The notes under the pieces: model-generated
Told to the model about the DNA's origin: nothing
Seen by the model: the letters and a program-made list of their open reading frames with translations, nothing else
The model's database searches: none
Position numbers and translations under genes: made by a program
Assembly: GCA_976226885.1 (NCBI GenBank)
Contig: OZ320313.1
Coordinates: forward strand, 62,124,001-62,188,000
Length of the DNA stretch: 64,000 bases
Source: Iphione sp. A-MEVVRFRX5
Taxonomy: Eukaryota
Direction: 5' to 3'
In this document: piece after piece, positions 48,589 through 60,539 of the stretch
How positions within the stretch are numbered: the stretch's first letter is position 1
How the letters are laid out: each line of letters opens with the position of its first letter

Positions 48589-49337
48589 CTTCTATTCTGC
48601 CGCAAGAATGAGAAAACCAGGTTCGACTTGCACTGCGCACCCAACGGTTTTGAACGACTGACACGTCACGTCACGGCATAAACATGTATTTCAGTGAAAT
48701 CCACCATTTTTTTTAAATTTTCACATTTATTTCAAGCCATCAAATCATAACTTATATGTGATACTGCCGTTATATAAAAAAAAATCGATTTAATTACATT
48801 TTTCTCAACTCAAACATAATAACCGTTATGCACTCCTGCCCTCTGGCTTTTCATATACGCACCAACATTCGCCTTTCATTTTTTAACACCAGAGTGCTCA
48901 CATTCGAGATGTTGCAGTCCAGCTCATAATCATCAGGTATCTTTAAACGAACTATCAATTGATAGCAAATGTCTCAGGGAACATTCCATCAATAATGACT
49001 GAAATTGTCAGATGTGAACTAAATAGGCTTTTGGCTCATTCTATCAATTTTTGCTGTTTTTTGCGTCTTTTCCAGACAACTCTCTTCTTTGTTCATCTCC
49101 ACCTCCCTTATATTTAACCCTTTCATGCATTCTAATTTGAGTATGATAACCATGAAGTAAACAATCTAATTTCATTTAAACCATTTCTTATTAAAATCGG
49201 ATCATTTTTAACGAAATTATTAAATAAAATGTAACCTTATGTCCCGGTTCCCAAATGACAACAGCCGAAAACGCGGTCAGGAAAGGGTTAATGCACATGA
49301 TATGCAAACAAAATATTTTACATTACCTAACATGTTA

Positions 49338-49560
49338 GGCTGTGTTCATCCTGCTGCAAAGACAGTCTTCTCTACACTACTGTCCGTGGGCATCCGTGGT
49401 CAGGAAAAAATTAACACTGTCCTGTTTATCTCCATATGCACATGCAAAATGGAGCATGTACACATAGAAACAATCATGTATATTAGCATAGGATCATTTT
49501 TGTCCTGTACACACCTACATGGAGTACAGAAAGAAAACCCATACACATGGAAACTAGGCC
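49338..49560. mobile_element. Degenerate Harbinger-like MITE
   Basis: TTA|GGCTGTGTTCAT...ATGGAAACTAGGCC|TTA. Confidence 0.5.
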
Positions 49561-50075
49561 TTATGGTGGATTGATACTGACTAAAGCCCTATCACTGAAG
49601 GAAGGCAATCATCATTACAGCTAAGTGCCTCGAAGTGAGCACCCCTCGCCTCTGTCAATTGCAGCCAAACCCTTGTTTTCATGTTGTAGTGGTTTTTCCG
49701 TGAATAAGGACCACTTTATCAGGATGATTCATGCCCACGTATAATCAGTTCATTTTGATTGAAAAAACAGCTGTCAAAATAAATACTAGCTAAATATCGT
49801 TAAACAATCAGCTGAAGAGTCAAGGCCCCAATTTTCATCACTTGATTTGTGACCAGCCATGGGAAAAGGGTATGCAATGCTCTAAAAATGAAGGAAATGA
49901 AAATCATAAAAATTATTTGCTTATTTTTCTTCAGGAATCTATTGCCAAAATTAGTTTTGGTAAATCTTTCCTGGGACTCCTGATCATGACCAGACAGATT
50001 TACTGTAGCCCCAACCCAGAGTGGTCCACAACTCGTAAAAAGGCCGTGGGTGTATAGGATTCTGTCCCCTATGCA

Positions 50076-50155
50076 CAAAAAGACCCCAGAAACCTATTCG
50101 AAATAAGAGTAGGGGGCAACCCCGGGTATTCTGGTCTCTCAATTCTCAACAATAG
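50076..50155 (+). mobile_element. SINE central-domain fragment, Deu-domain-like; second partial copy reversed at 61070-61108
   Basis: aaaagaccccag...ctattcgaaataagagtagggg...ccccggg...ctgg resembles the Deu-domain consensus as recalled; 39 bp recur inverted with 1 mismatch. Confidence 0.45.
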
Positions 50156-50671
50156 ATGGTAGTATGCTACCCCAGGAGGATATGGAAGATCCCTGTCATA
50201 TGATAGGTGAATATATTCCTGGTAAAAGATACAATGAAATGAAATATGTAAATGAGCTTATCTACAAAAATACATTAAGTTACCATAGTGACAATTGTTT
50301 AAATGCTTATGTAATGTAAAAATGTAAATAATATTCTATCAAGAACTGAACCCTTTCAAGAATATATTTATAGGACTGATTCTGTATAATAATTAGAGTA
50401 TGAGATTAATTTACACATGTCACATAATCAAGATGTTTTACTTTATAAAATGTCAAAGAATGCATTAAGCATTAATTTACAGTAGAACCTGTCTGTTCCC
50501 ACATTGCTTGGTTCCAGCTGATTGTGCCTGCAATAGCAAGGGTGATGGAATTGTACTTTGCAAGGTAAACATAAAGAATAGATAATGTTTTGACCTGAAC
50601 ACAATACAGAGTCCTTCTTTTAGCTGCAGCAAATGCAGGGGGGCCACCTCCTGAAGTCTGGGGACTTCTAT

Positions 50672-50845
50672 GAGCGACAGGAGAAAAGCCGAAGAGAGGG
50701 GAGCACCTTGCAAGGTGTGGGGACATCTAAGGGCGACAGGAGGACAGCGAAGGAGAGGAGAGCACCTGACAAGGTGTGGGAACATCTAAGGGCGACAGGA
50801 GGACAGCTAAGGACAGAGGGCGACAGGAGGGCATCTAAGAACAGT
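50672..50845. repeat. 59-bp imperfect tandem repeat
   Basis: Units start at 50672, 50731, 50790 and (partial) 50818, core gggcgacaggag. Confidence 0.8.
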
Positions 50846-53141
50846 CGTAGCAACTAATGAGGTGTGGAGAGAGCTAAAAGTGGCAGGAGGGTGGCCAAGG
50901 ATGAGGGTAGAACTTGATGGGCCAGACATTAGATGTTGGAAGGTTAAGGTCTCCCTTTGTTTCCTGCGTCTGTATCTGCAATATTGAGGGACAAACATAT
51001 GAGAATATAGAGGAATCTATTCTGTTCCAAGGAATTGTGTGTAGTGAGGGTACTAAAATCGTGAGGTGATTGAATAGCAAAGTTCTACTGTACGTCTGGT
51101 TATATCAACTTTGAATTGAGATTTTTCAGGATGTAGACAGAGTATTGACGCATCTTTACACCAAATGATGCCCCAAAACGTTCTTACTTTCCATACGTTT
51201 GCACTCGAGTACCCTGCAATGGGACAGCACCAGGGTAGAACAGCGAACATAAAAAACTTCTTATTTTACAATATTTGAATTACACAAGGCTAGTTATTTC
51301 ACATATGCTTTCAATATATGTAACTTTTTAACAGATTTAACTTTTATCATTGATCACGGAAGGTAAATTTCATTGTTTAAGCAGTGTTTTAGCACAGCTT
51401 GCCCAATTTATATGCACGAACGAGCGTTAGGTGATTCTAGCCAATAGGTCTATACTATGTAGGCCATGAGACTTCTCTTTGAATGGTTCTTTCTACCAAA
51501 GCAGTACATGACAGTGTTGTATTTATGGAACGCTTATATCTACATGTATAATCCAAATCTATTTTTAAGTTTTAATTACTTTTATAGTCTCCTTAAATTT
51601 GCTATTGCTGCATCAGTGACACCAGGCATACTTTTGGTGAAGCTCATATCACCCAGACCATGATAAAACATGATATCTTCCAAAACTAAGAATGATTTTA
51701 AGTATCAAAAGATTACAAATCACTTGCTCTAGATTGCTGTTGAGGATATCCTATTGCCATAACAACCAAATAAGGAAGCATTCATTGATACTTAAACTCA
51801 CCTTTCAGGGCATTTCTTTCGATATATCACGTGATATTACATAGCATAAAATAAGGGGTGCGATGTGAAAATTTCTTCTACCATTTCCAATACAAAAGGG
51901 TTGTTTTTGCACCGGCCTTCAAGTATTATCACAGTTCACAGTGTTATCACTAGATTATCCTAGCCATGTATATTTGTTTGCAAAGGAAGTACATGTACTC
52001 GTTCTACCATTAAGTTCAATATAAAAAAGTTTATGGCAGTTATTCCGTGTATCCAATTTCGATGTATTCATGTAGGAATCAGCTGGGAAAGTCTTGTTGT
52101 TTTCACAAGTTTCCAGACCCTCATCGAGTGGTTGATTCCATTGGTGCATGAGTTCTCTATCTTAAGCATAGGAAACCAGTCCTCTCGAGCATAGAACTGC
52201 ACAGAACTGTATAGGAATACTTGGTGCGAGGTATCTAAAGACCACACTATTTTTCTTATCCACTAGCTTTGCTATTGTTAATATGATTTGTTACACTACC
52301 TATATAAAACGTTGCCTGAAAGTAGTACGGCCATGGGGACGAGGTCTCACACAGATGTGAGTTAAAAAGGAGAGATAATTTTTTATTGTAGCTAATCTAT
52401 CCAGTGAGAATATTACAAAAGAAGAGAAGTTCTGTAGATTTTATCTTGATTATAACTACTTTAAGTAGAACCAGAATATTATACTGCACTATTTTCTCAG
52501 TTCAAGGGTGTTTCCCAGTGATGACATCATCATAGGGAATCTGTAAGGGGTGTATCACTACACCGATTGCAAACAAGCATCCACTGTATGTTCAGGGAAG
52601 TATAAACGAGGGTTGTAAAATGCTAGCCCTGTCTGTACTTTGACCCAGGAGGATGGGCGATGGAGGGGGGAGGGAGTGCAGGTGCCGAAGGCGCTTGTTC
52701 ACAAAGAAATCATGAACTAACACTTTTCTGAAGCGGTATCCTCTTGTGCACATTTATACTGATTATGACCTCATAATAAATTGTTTAACGAGGCAGCAGC
52801 GCTAATATCAGTGTAAGCATTTCACATCACTCTCATACATAACTTCAGTACATATGCAACTGCAACGAATCATTTCTCCTCTATGTACGAAATGCCGAAT
52901 GATTGGTAGAGAATAAGAATGAAGAATCGATTAACATCTTTGTAACGTTTGAAATACAACTTGATCTCAGATTCTACTTTGGATGAAACTGATACTTTGT
53001 CCAACACCACAAAATCTTGATCCAGTAATACCAATATCGAAGTATATGTACTGTATTATATTTACACTTGTATACTTATATAGAAAAGATACATCAAATA
53101 AGGTTTGTTCTCCTAATCGTTGGATATGTTTCAGCAGATAA

Positions 53142-53497
53142 GGCCAAAAAAAATAGGTGTGTTTCTGGTAACCCACCCCTAGCTAGTAAAACCTCACTCT
53201 ACCTAAAAAATTTTTGGCCCCAAAGAGTTTCCAAGGCTGAATTTCCCTAGATATGTGTTTTCACGACATATGTTCTTGGTAAATTCAGTAGAAAAACAGC
53301 AAAATCCATGGAAATTCACCAAAAAACTGTAAAACTCATACAAATTAGTCAAAATTCTTCATATTGTCTTTATTGTTATTGAAAACCAGAGGAAGAAAGT
53401 AGACAAAAATTTTAAAAAAAAAGATACCCCCCTCCCTACCTAGGTTTTGGGCTGGTCGTGACCAGAAACGCACCTATTTTTTTGGGGGGGGGGGGCC
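53142..53497. mobile_element. Harbinger-like MITE (GGCC-A-tract-TAGGTGYGTTTCTGG TIR)
   Basis: TAA TSD on both sides; AAAAAAATAGGTGTGTTTCTGG / CCAGAAACGCACCTATTTTTTT. Confidence 0.78.
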
Positions 53498-54392
53498 TAA
53501 GGGAAGTTCACAAACCTTTCCTTGGTGTAAAAGCATAGAGGGTACTTTGTGGGATATTGCTGGCCCATAGATACTCAGAGCTAATCATAAAGGAAACCAT
53601 AAAACAGGCTCTTGAACGACCTGGATTTCAGTGGGTTTCTTTTAGTGAGCATTCCCCCCACCACTGTTGTGATAGATTCCCGGGAGGATACAGGTGATGC
53701 TCAGTAGAACTGGTGCACATTGACAGAACGTTATGGTGCCTCCAGGGAAGGTAAACCCCTGTACTTACCAACCTCAATATGGCGCCACTCTCGTATTGTT
53801 CAATTTGTTGGCCACATTCCCATTACCTAAGAAGAGACAAACGGTACTGTACCGATTTCCTCTGTAATGTTCTCAGCAGAGAATTTGATATTGCTACGGC
53901 CCTCATACTAAAGGGTGTGTTGGAGGAGATAGTGCCAGTCCATAGCGTCATAGTCCGAGCTAAACGTTTAGGTCTGGTTCAATATGTGCATTCGTGTCTG
54001 TTAGGCTGCATTTTAGTTGACAGTTTCTCGCAGCCTCATGCACAGGGGTGTTCCACACCTGCTGGAAAACAGGTGGGAAACTGGAGAAATTGTTGAGGAA
54101 AAAAGTCTGGAAATGGGCAAATTTGATGAAAACCAGCGAAAACCAGTCAAATTAAAAGGAAAAAGTATGAAAAGTGATGAATTTGATGATAAAAGGGGCA
54201 ACAGGTGGTGAAATTGATGGGGAAAAATGAAAAGTGACGAATTTGTGTGTAAATATCCCATAAATGTGCACAAACAGATATCCTCTATCCTACTTGTGCA
54301 TTTCCATGCATTGGTGTGTGAAATTATCGGACATGTTCGAAAACCAAAAACAGGTCCCCAGTTCACACATGCACACTGGAGACACCCTTCAA

Positions 54393-54666
54393 NNNNNNNN
54401 NNNNNNNNNNNNNNNNNNNNNNNNNNNNNNNNNNNNNNNNNNNNNNNNNNNNNNNNNNNNNNNNNNNNNNNNNNNNNNNNNNNNNNNNNNNNNNNNNNNN
54501 NNNNNNNNNNNNNNNNNNNNNNNNNNNNNNNNNNNNNNNNNNNNNNNNNNNNNNNNNNNNNNNNNNNNNNNNNNNNNNNNNNNNNNNNNNNNNNNNNNNN
54601 NNNNNNNNNNNNNNNNNNNNNNNNNNNNNNNNNNNNNNNNNNNNNNNNNNNNNNNNNNNNNNNNNN
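54393..54666. other. Assembly gap (274 N)
   Basis: Run of n. Confidence 1.
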
Positions 54667-55063
54667 CCAGGAGTATATCATAGATATATGAAAAAGGATG
54701 AATATGATGCTAAAAGCCATGAAAATGGTAATGAAAAATGATAATAAAAGACGAATATAATGCTAAAAGCCGTGAACCGATCCGAAAAACGATGATAAAG
54801 GACAAATCTTATGGTAAAAGCCTTGAATATGATGGGGAAAAATGATGTAAAAGGACGGATATGTATGATAATGTATGGAAATGTGCAGTAGTCGTACATG
54901 TTTGTTCATAGCTTTGCTGGTATTTTCACCCGATTCAAAGGATAGATCCTCTATTCTACTGGTGCGTTAGTGTCCGTCTGTATGAAATTATCGGGCAGGG
55001 ACCAGTAATGAACATTGGACCAAAAACAGACCCCGATGGATTCCAACAGGCTTTGACGTATTA

Positions 55064-55589
55064 GGCCTGGTTTCCATACCTGCAGGAGGATGTGGGAGCC
55101 TGCAGGAGCTGTCCGTGTGCATTATATTGCATTTTCTATTTCCCACAGGCTCCTGGAGAGGGGCGTCCTTCGGGGGCAGTGTGGGGCAGTCACTGGAAAA
55201 GTAGGAAACATGGCAAAAGTCGAGAAAAACTGCTTATTGAATCGAAAGTCATCTGAAAAACAGCTGTTTTCAGAGGAAGTCGGTCTAAAAGCGGTAAAAA
55301 AATAAGTGGAAAATGGGGAAAAGATGAAATGTTTAAATGCGTATAAAATTAATGTGCATATATCATGTTGAAAAGTGAAGAAATAGGCCCGGTTTTCAGT
55401 GTGTTGGTGTGCGGGTGTCTGGAAAATTTTCGTCCAGTGACCACTAATGAACACACGCAGACACACACACATGCAGTTATGGAACGTGTCACACTGTTAA
55501 CCATTGCTTCATTATTAAAATCGGAGTTGAATGGATGGGAAATGAACAGGAATGCATCGGGACAGCCCCACAGGTATGGAAAGCGGGCC
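55064..55589. mobile_element. Harbinger-like MITE, GGCCCGGTTTCC family, within a nested cluster
   Basis: TTA|GGCCTGGTTTCCATACCTG...CAGGTATGGAAAGCGGGCC; extra end-like copies near 55385 and 55660. Confidence 0.68.
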
Positions 55590-56009
55590 CTAGACACCCT
55601 TCAACAGATATCACTGGTTCAATAAAAAAATGTAGGCACACCAATGCAGGTGTGGAATCCGGCCCTAACACACACACACACACACACACAAAAGCCTAAC
55701 ACGGGTATGCAAACAGGGTGACCCAGTTGGTAATGTGATCTCTTTCCTTTCCTACTCCATGAAATGAATCCATACTGGCATTCTAGAGAGGTCTGTTAAA
55801 TCTATCTCACCTCCTGTTTGACCATCACTGCACCCTCCACCAGGCGGGGAGGAAAATACGGTTTGCATAATAAGGGTCCTTAAAAGGTATTGACCCAAAT
55901 GAAGCGTCTCCTCGTAGTCCCTGTGTAATTACAATTTCTAAGTCACGCATAGAGAACATTTTGAATTGGTATTTTTTTCAAGTATGAAACAAGACCACCA
56001 CCACCACCA

Positions 56010-56043
<34 letters not shown>

Positions 56044-56404
56044 CTGCTCCTCGAGTATACGTGGACACATGTACAACATACATGTATGTACTTATGTTAC
56101 CATGCCTGGATAGTAGTCATATATAAGAATGAATTGGTATTAGATACTTGTATCTGTATTTATTTCACTTTCTATATCTTTCTTGCAAGACCTCTGGAGG
56201 AATAAGTAATTATGACCCTTAATGAATTGGTGCCGTTCTACTCGGATCATTTTGCGTACATACTGTAAGGACAAAGGAAATTTACCCTCTCCTCCGGGTT
56301 GCCCGCCTAGTTGAGTCATCATATCGGAGGGACTTCACTGTAGTTTCTTTACAACGTTTCACATACACTTCCCATATTCCCATTGATATACCTTTTTTTC
56401 CCCC

Positions 56405-57260
56405 ACCTCATAGAGAGGGGGGACCTCAGGAATGCTGCTGTTTGGTGTCCTGACCTTCCATCATACTCTTAGAGGTCTTATAACTCTGAAACCCTTCACT
56501 CAAAAGAACTCATTTTAATATAATTTATAATATTTGTATACAGGGCCACATGGGTAATTTTGGGAGTGATTCAAGTATTTTAAAGGTGAAGTTATACCAA
56601 TTTTACTCTTTTGCTAACATACCTACAAACATACATGGTTAAGGCGGTGTACACATGTATCCGTATTTTTTCAAAACGGCTACGGATCCGTAGACGTTTT
56701 TTATCCGGCTCATAGCCTTATAACTAAAGGGTTCAGATGTATCCGTTCAATACGGATACGGACCCGTAGACGTTTTCTGAAACCGTCGCCAATGGATTTT
56801 TTACGGACAACCGTCCGTTTCCCATAGACTCCAGTGGTAGACAGACATCTGTGATTATTCTTGAACAAACACAGCAGGAGGTCGTCTACGTCTACGGACC
56901 CATAGCCGTTTTTTTGTACGGATACATGTGTACGCCGCCTTAGGGATTCCTAAGTCTGATACTGCACATACATGCATACACATACACACTCACTAATACC
57001 TCCCTTCTGCTTAAAGCAATCTGGTGCTCAGTCAGGTAGAACTGAGGGTTATGTGCCCAGTCTGGCAAAACTGAGGGTTGTGTGCTCAGGCAGGCAAAAC
57101 CAAGGGTTATAAACCTGAAGGACTTAAACAAACCCACCCAACCACCCCAAAAGAAGATGCCAATCAAGGTGGTTGTAAAGAGAGAGACACCACACAGTTG
57201 TAATGCAACCTATCTCCTTATTTCTGTGATTAATTTACCTCATAACAGCCAATTTTCAAA
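56405..57260 (+). repeat. Dispersed repeat, copy 2, interrupted by the 56643-56939 MITE
   Basis: Homology to the 23625-24150 copy resumes on both sides of the MITE. Confidence 0.75.
56643..56939. mobile_element. MITE inserted in an older dispersed repeat
   Basis: 23-bp TIR GGCGGTGTACACATGTATCCGTA with 1 mismatch; TAA/TTA flanks. Confidence 0.85.
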
Positions 57261-58092
57261 TAAACGAAAAAATTAAGAGAAACAAGTATGACTATCAGTC
57301 TCTATATTTTATAAAAAAAAAAAAAATTAAGTCACCAATCTCGAGCGGATTTGACAGGTCTACTTGACTGATGATCCCGGTTGACTTGTGGGACTATCGA
57401 AGCTATAAACACGCCCAAACAGCTCCATCTCCACTGCTTGGGATGAAAAGATTCTATGCAGGACGAAGGAAGTTTAGAGGGGAGGAGGACAATCATATAC
57501 AGAAACAACGAATCCTCTGAGAACGAAGCCTTTTTGTAATGAAATGACAGCTTACTGTCCAAAGAACAGTTACTTCAAATCACTTTTAAGGTATGCAGTG
57601 GTAATATGTGTCAACAAACCTTGTCATTTTGTCATAAGGCATCAATAAGAATGTAGAACGTTCGCTCAAGAAGTGCTATGAAAAAGCAGTCTGTTTGTTA
57701 ATGGGAGTTAGTAAAAAAACAGGCTAATAGATCAGGTATATCGTTTGACTGGTATACCACAGCTTAATGAAATAATCACAACTGAGTTGCTGTGTAATAT
57801 TCACAATATGTACCTAAAGGGAGAAATCGAAGAAAGGCATGCAACTAAAACTAGACAGGGAGCTACTATTAAACTGAAAGAACTGAAGGGTAAGACTAAT
57901 ATGATAAGGAGAAGTTGGTTAAATCTGGGCATAAGACAGTGAAATAGTCTAAACAACCAGATGCGAACACAAAGTACAGTGAAATTGTTCAAAAAACACT
58001 GTTGAGTTGAACTAGCATTTACCGCAATGTTTGTGTGAAAAAACGATGAAATGTAAATATGTTCTGTCACTGCAATGTTACCTACTGTGTAA

Positions 58093-58744
58093 GGCCCGGT
58101 TTCCTTACCTGCGTTGGTGTCCGTGTGCGTTCATGTGCGTTCACGTGCGGTGAATTACATAATTATCGGCATATAAGCTATCAGTGGGACTGTTTCCTTA
58201 TCTGCGGTGGTGTCCGTGTGCGTTGGTGTGCGTCGCCATGCGTGGCCGCTTTTCGGACCGTTCCCGTAAATTCCACGCACACGGACGGCAACGCAGGGCA
58301 AGCCACTGCTATTTCCTCATTTTGACTGAATTTGGCTGACTTTTGACTGATGATACCGCACATATCTGCACATTTCCGCACAATGCCGTTTTTTTCCCGA
58401 ATTTTTCCGCACATTTTTGCCGTTTTTCGGCCGAATTTCCTTGAAATCAGCCGTTTTTCGGCCGAATTTCCATGAAATTTGCCGTTTTTCGGCCGAATTT
58501 CCATGGAATTAGCCATTTTTCGGGCCAATTTCCATGAAATTTGCCGTTTTTCGGGTGGGTTTTGCCCGTTTTCCATATTTTCCAGTCAAAAAACGCACTG
58601 GTCCGCACTGGCCCGCACTGGTTGTCAAAGGGCACCCCTGTGCGTCGCCATGCGGTGAAGTCCCAACGCAGACCAACGCACTGGAAACGCACGCATAGCC
58701 CGCCGCACCTCGCCGCAGACCAACGCATGTAAGGAAACCGGGCC
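58093..58744. mobile_element. Harbinger-like MITE, GGCCCGGTTTCC family, well preserved
   Basis: TAA|GGCCCGGTTTCCTTAC...GTAAGGAAACCGGGCC|TAA; about 30-bp internal tandem repeats gccgtttttcggccgaatttccatgaaattt. Confidence 0.9.
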
Positions 58745-59765
58745 TAATGCATAGTTGACAATAAACTGAATTGAACTGAATTGAAATGATCTCTTGAACA
58801 CCTCTGCGTCGCTAAGAGAGGTGCACGTGTAATGAGGCCAGATATGTAGCTTGGAGCTAAATAACGTATTTGCTGTGAAATGAAACAGAGGAAAGCGTTA
58901 GTATTGGCAATACAAATACCAATGACAAAATGTATCGCTGTTAATTACTCCGTATGGAAATACCAGACCAAATGGAATGTCACATCGTATCGTTTTTTCA
59001 ACCGCCCTCCAAATGGGCAATTTGCCAGATTATGAGTAACCGACGAAGAGAATTGCATCACTCAGCTGTCTGGTGTACATGTACATTTGAAGTTGGTTCT
59101 CTCCAGAAATGTCTCAAACTGAGACATGTCCCTCTTAAAGAACCGGTATAGTACATTTATGAGTTACTTGTCCACGTATATATATAAGACATTTCTTCTT
59201 CCGAAAACTCTTTCTATTTAAGGTGTATCAGGCCAATAGAAAGGGACAGAGATAGGGACAACCAGGGCGACAGAGGGGGGTAGGAAAACAAGAGGAAAAA
59301 GATAAGAAAATAAGAGAGGGAGAGGAAGAGGAGGAGAACATAGGGGGAGACCTGAAGACTTATACCTGAAATTATTTTAGTTTCCATGCTGAGGACATGA
59401 GGTGGTTGAGGTACGAGTTGATCATGGTAGGAAACATCCTGTTCCCAATGTTTATTATGTGAACGTTTTTTTCTTCACAAGAAAAAAATCACACCGACGA
59501 AAGTCGGAGGGTACGGCTTTGCCAACTACAGTGAATATACGCCATTGTTTACCACAGAGGTAGGAGAGCAGTATATAGTAACTGTTTATGATGTGTATTC
59601 TTTTCCGCCTGTATCTCGTCACTGTACATGTACATGTATAGTCTACCCGAAGGGCTGCTTATATCTGCGTAGGGTCTGCTTATACTCTACATTTGTGTAC
59701 AGGTAATTTGTATGCATTATTAAACTCCTCATTAAAGTATATCGGCATCATTATACATGCATTTA

Positions 59766-59942
59766 CAGTGGTGTCTCTATTTACGACCATATCAATTTGT
59801 GACCATTCTCTATTCAAGACCACTTTAGTTGGGAACAAAAATCTTAATTTCTATACATTTAATACTCTATTTAAGACCAAGTTTGCCATTAAGACCATTT
59901 GAGCTTGGTCCCACGTGGTGGTCGTAAATAGACATTCCACTG
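59766..59942. mobile_element. Tc1/mariner (pogo/Tigger-like) MITE
   Basis: TA|CAGTGG....TCTATTTACGACCA...TGGTCGTAAATAGA....CCACTG|TA; similar remnants near 11846-11931, 12235-12350 and 31610-31790. Confidence 0.8.
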
Positions 59943-60462
59943 TATTTTGGAAACAAAGTTAACCCCTCTATTCTACTTCCATGACAGTAGCTTAATGCGC
60001 ACAGTGGATGGCACAACTTTGAAATATCTGCCGTCGCACAAAAATAGTGCGTGTAGTCAGGAGGTGGTCGAAGTAAGGACGCCACATTGGATTGTAGTTA
60101 ATTTGTCATACACATGTGGGTTGTAGCTTAGGGGGTTATTCGTGGTTGGGAGGGGGGGGGGGCGCTCGGGCATTTCTACAAAGTAGAGCTTGCATTTAGT
60201 GTATACCGTTCATGTTCTGAACTTTTGAACGTGTGAGTTAATTGACCTTTCGGCCTGCCACCTACGGACTGATAAATCTCTGATATCCTCCTCGACTACG
60301 ATATCGATGATAGCGTAGTGCGCCATGTACTGTTTAATGTATGGGGTATAAATAGTTTCGCCAGTGACTGTGGGTCATACTATAACGTCTGTCTCTCTTC
60401 CATCTGTTCTGTCTCTCTTCCATCTGTTCCTTCCACGAACCGTTAGTTCCTGTCAGCCCCCC

Positions 60463-60465
<3 letters not shown>

Positions 60466-60532
<67 letters not shown>
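60466..60532. repeat. (CT)n microsatellite
   Basis: Direct. Confidence 0.98.

Positions 60533-60539
<7 letters not shown>

Larger units (their letters stand above)
44059..49287 (+). mobile_element. Full-length piggyBac-superfamily DNA transposon (5229 bp), two-gene, apparently autonomous
   Basis: TTAA at 44055-58 and 49288-91; perfect 14-bp TIRs CCCTTTCCTGACCG / CGGTCAGGAAAGGG; intact transposase inside. Confidence 0.96.

Noticed and set aside
54013-54720. ORFs of 235, 154 and 139 aa
   Set aside because: Artefacts of the N gap.
58390-58560. 30-bp repeats, and the 51-bp and 59-bp arrays, as CRISPR-like
   Set aside because: Head-to-tail units without unique spacers, in a eukaryotic context with no cas genes.
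58181-58732. Lys/Asn/Gly-rich repetitive ORFs (also 5431-5993, 41647-42088, 55090-55689)
   Set aside because: Translations of MITE internal minisatellites.
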